Positions 63,138 through 64,000 of a stretch of 64,000 bases of DNA are shown piece after piece. Source of the stretch: a virus; the IMG/VR virus record IMGVR_UViG_3300037755_000828, positions 30,860 to 94,859 of that record. One strand, 5' to 3'. How positions within the stretch are numbered: the first letter of the stretch is position 1; the number at the start of each line of letters is the position of its first letter. Made by a program: the position numbers and the translations under genes. The notes under the pieces were generated by a model. It worked only from the letters and a program-made list of their open reading frames with translations. It searched no databases and was not told the origin of the DNA.

Positions 63138-64000
63138 ACGACTGGGTCGAGGTAACGGATCGTCGTGCCGGGCAGCAGCCGCAGCATCTCAGGCCCCATG
63201 GAGTTTAGGTCAATTACGCTGTCCACCGCGCGCTGCAGCACGTCGTCGTTGACGGCATCGAGATCGTCGTACAGCACGGGGATCAGCGAGAACACGTCCG
63301 TGGTCGTCTGCACGGTGTGCGTGAGCAGGCGCGGCAGGGCGGCGGCTGTCTCCGCGAGGAACGCCCGCGTGGCCTGCCGCATCACGCGGGCGTGCTGGTA
63401 CACGTCGCGATCGAGATTGTCCAAGGCGAACAGCGCTTCGAAGGCTGGCTCGAGCGCGTCGGCCACGGCCAGCACGCTGTTGACGGTGGCGAACGAGGTC
63501 GACGTGATCGCTAGGCAGACAGCCACGGTGACCGACGACAGGACCAGCGACGTGGCCGCAGCTACTTCGTCGACCTCTTCGAGATCCTCTTCGCTCGGCT
63601 CCGAGACTTGGTCGGCTTGCAGCGTGGACGCACCGTCGTTGAAGGTGACCCCGTCGTTGAGCGCGTCGATGAACGTGTCGGAGGCCTTGTCGCTCGCCGG
63701 ATCCTGGACCGCCGCGGAGCCCAAGTCCGTGTCGCCCTGCGATGCGAGCGAGGGCACGAGCGACAACAGCGAGAGCGCCGCGCCCATGAGCTGCATGGCC
63801 AGCGTCTGCGGCGTCAGCAACAGCTGCTCGAGCTGATTCTCCAGCGCGAGGATCGTGCCGACCACGGCGTTGACGGGCTCGAACGCGGCCGCGATCTTCC
63901 CCTGCGTCTCGTTGAGCCAGTCGATGCCGGACTGCAGGGTCTCGAGCTGGCCGCCGTAGGGGCCGTTCAGGGTCTGTCGGCGGCCGAAGACCCTGAACGG
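63134..64000 (-). CDS. Mu gpN-like DNA circulation/tail protein, 5' end outside window
   Basis: Frame open to window edge; LPRL...LY.D...N.....PG..I C-terminus. Confidence 0.65.
   Translation of the reverse strand, partial: PFRVFGRRQTLNGPYGGQLETLQSGIDWLNETQGKIAAAFEPVNAVVGTILALENQLEQLLLTPQTLAMQLMGAALSLLSLVPSLASQGDTDLGSAAVQDPASDKASDTFIDALNDGVTFNDGASTLQADQVSEPSEEDLEEVDEVAAATSLVLSSVTVAVCLAITSTSFATVNSVLAVADALEPAFEALFALDNLDRDVYQHARVMRQATRAFLAETAAALPRLLTHTVQTTTDVFSLIPVLYDDLDAVNDDVLQRAVDSVIDLNSMGPEMLRLLPGTTIRYLDPVV

Larger units (their letters stand above)
1..64000. mobile_element. Segment of a large temperate myovirus-like phage genome (non-integrated form), probable myxobacterial host
   Basis: Integrase and attP with phage genes on both sides, Mu-like baseplate genes, amidase, RecT, RusA, many small coupled ORFs, no host housekeeping operons. 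Confidence 0.92.

Noticed and set aside
1-64000. CRISPR array, retron/DGR reverse transcriptase, IS transposase
   Set aside because: No spaced repeat array, RT motifs or transposase ORF seen by eye
60599-64000. Tailocin or extracellular contractile injection system
   Set aside because: Embedded among phage replication and integration genes

Overview
The whole window is part of a large, high-GC temperate tailed phage with a Mu-like contractile-tail baseplate module at the right end. The host is probably a myxobacterium (Nannocystaceae-like); this is inferred from Cys-rich lipoproteins, TIGR02996-like motifs and a host-type ECF sigma. An intact attP (3' half of tRNA-Gly(CCC), replacement terminator, tandem arm-type repeats on both sides) lies beside a P4-type tyrosine integrase with phage genes on both sides, so this is the free or excised form. 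The window encodes recombination/replication genes (RecE-like/RecT, RecD2, UvrD, SNF2, RusA, HRDC), nucleotide metabolism (thyA, dCMP deaminase, HAD nucleotidase), an amidase, five orphan DNA methyltransferases, AlkB, DUF5131 and a TGT/DpdA-like protein. The strongest unannotated signal is a regulatory cascade readable from the DNA. Three sigma70-type promoters share a 21-bp palindromic operator, and one heads the gene run that contains a SigH/SigR-like ECF sigma factor. About 20 minus-strand GGAAT-N17/18-GT(C/T/A) promoters match that sigma class, and 18 of them sit 29-30 nt upstream of a start codon, implying leaderless mRNAs. An RMF-like protein lies in one of these operons, which suggests (inference) a phage programme that favours leaderless translation. 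All family calls are by-eye motif recognition, not database searches.
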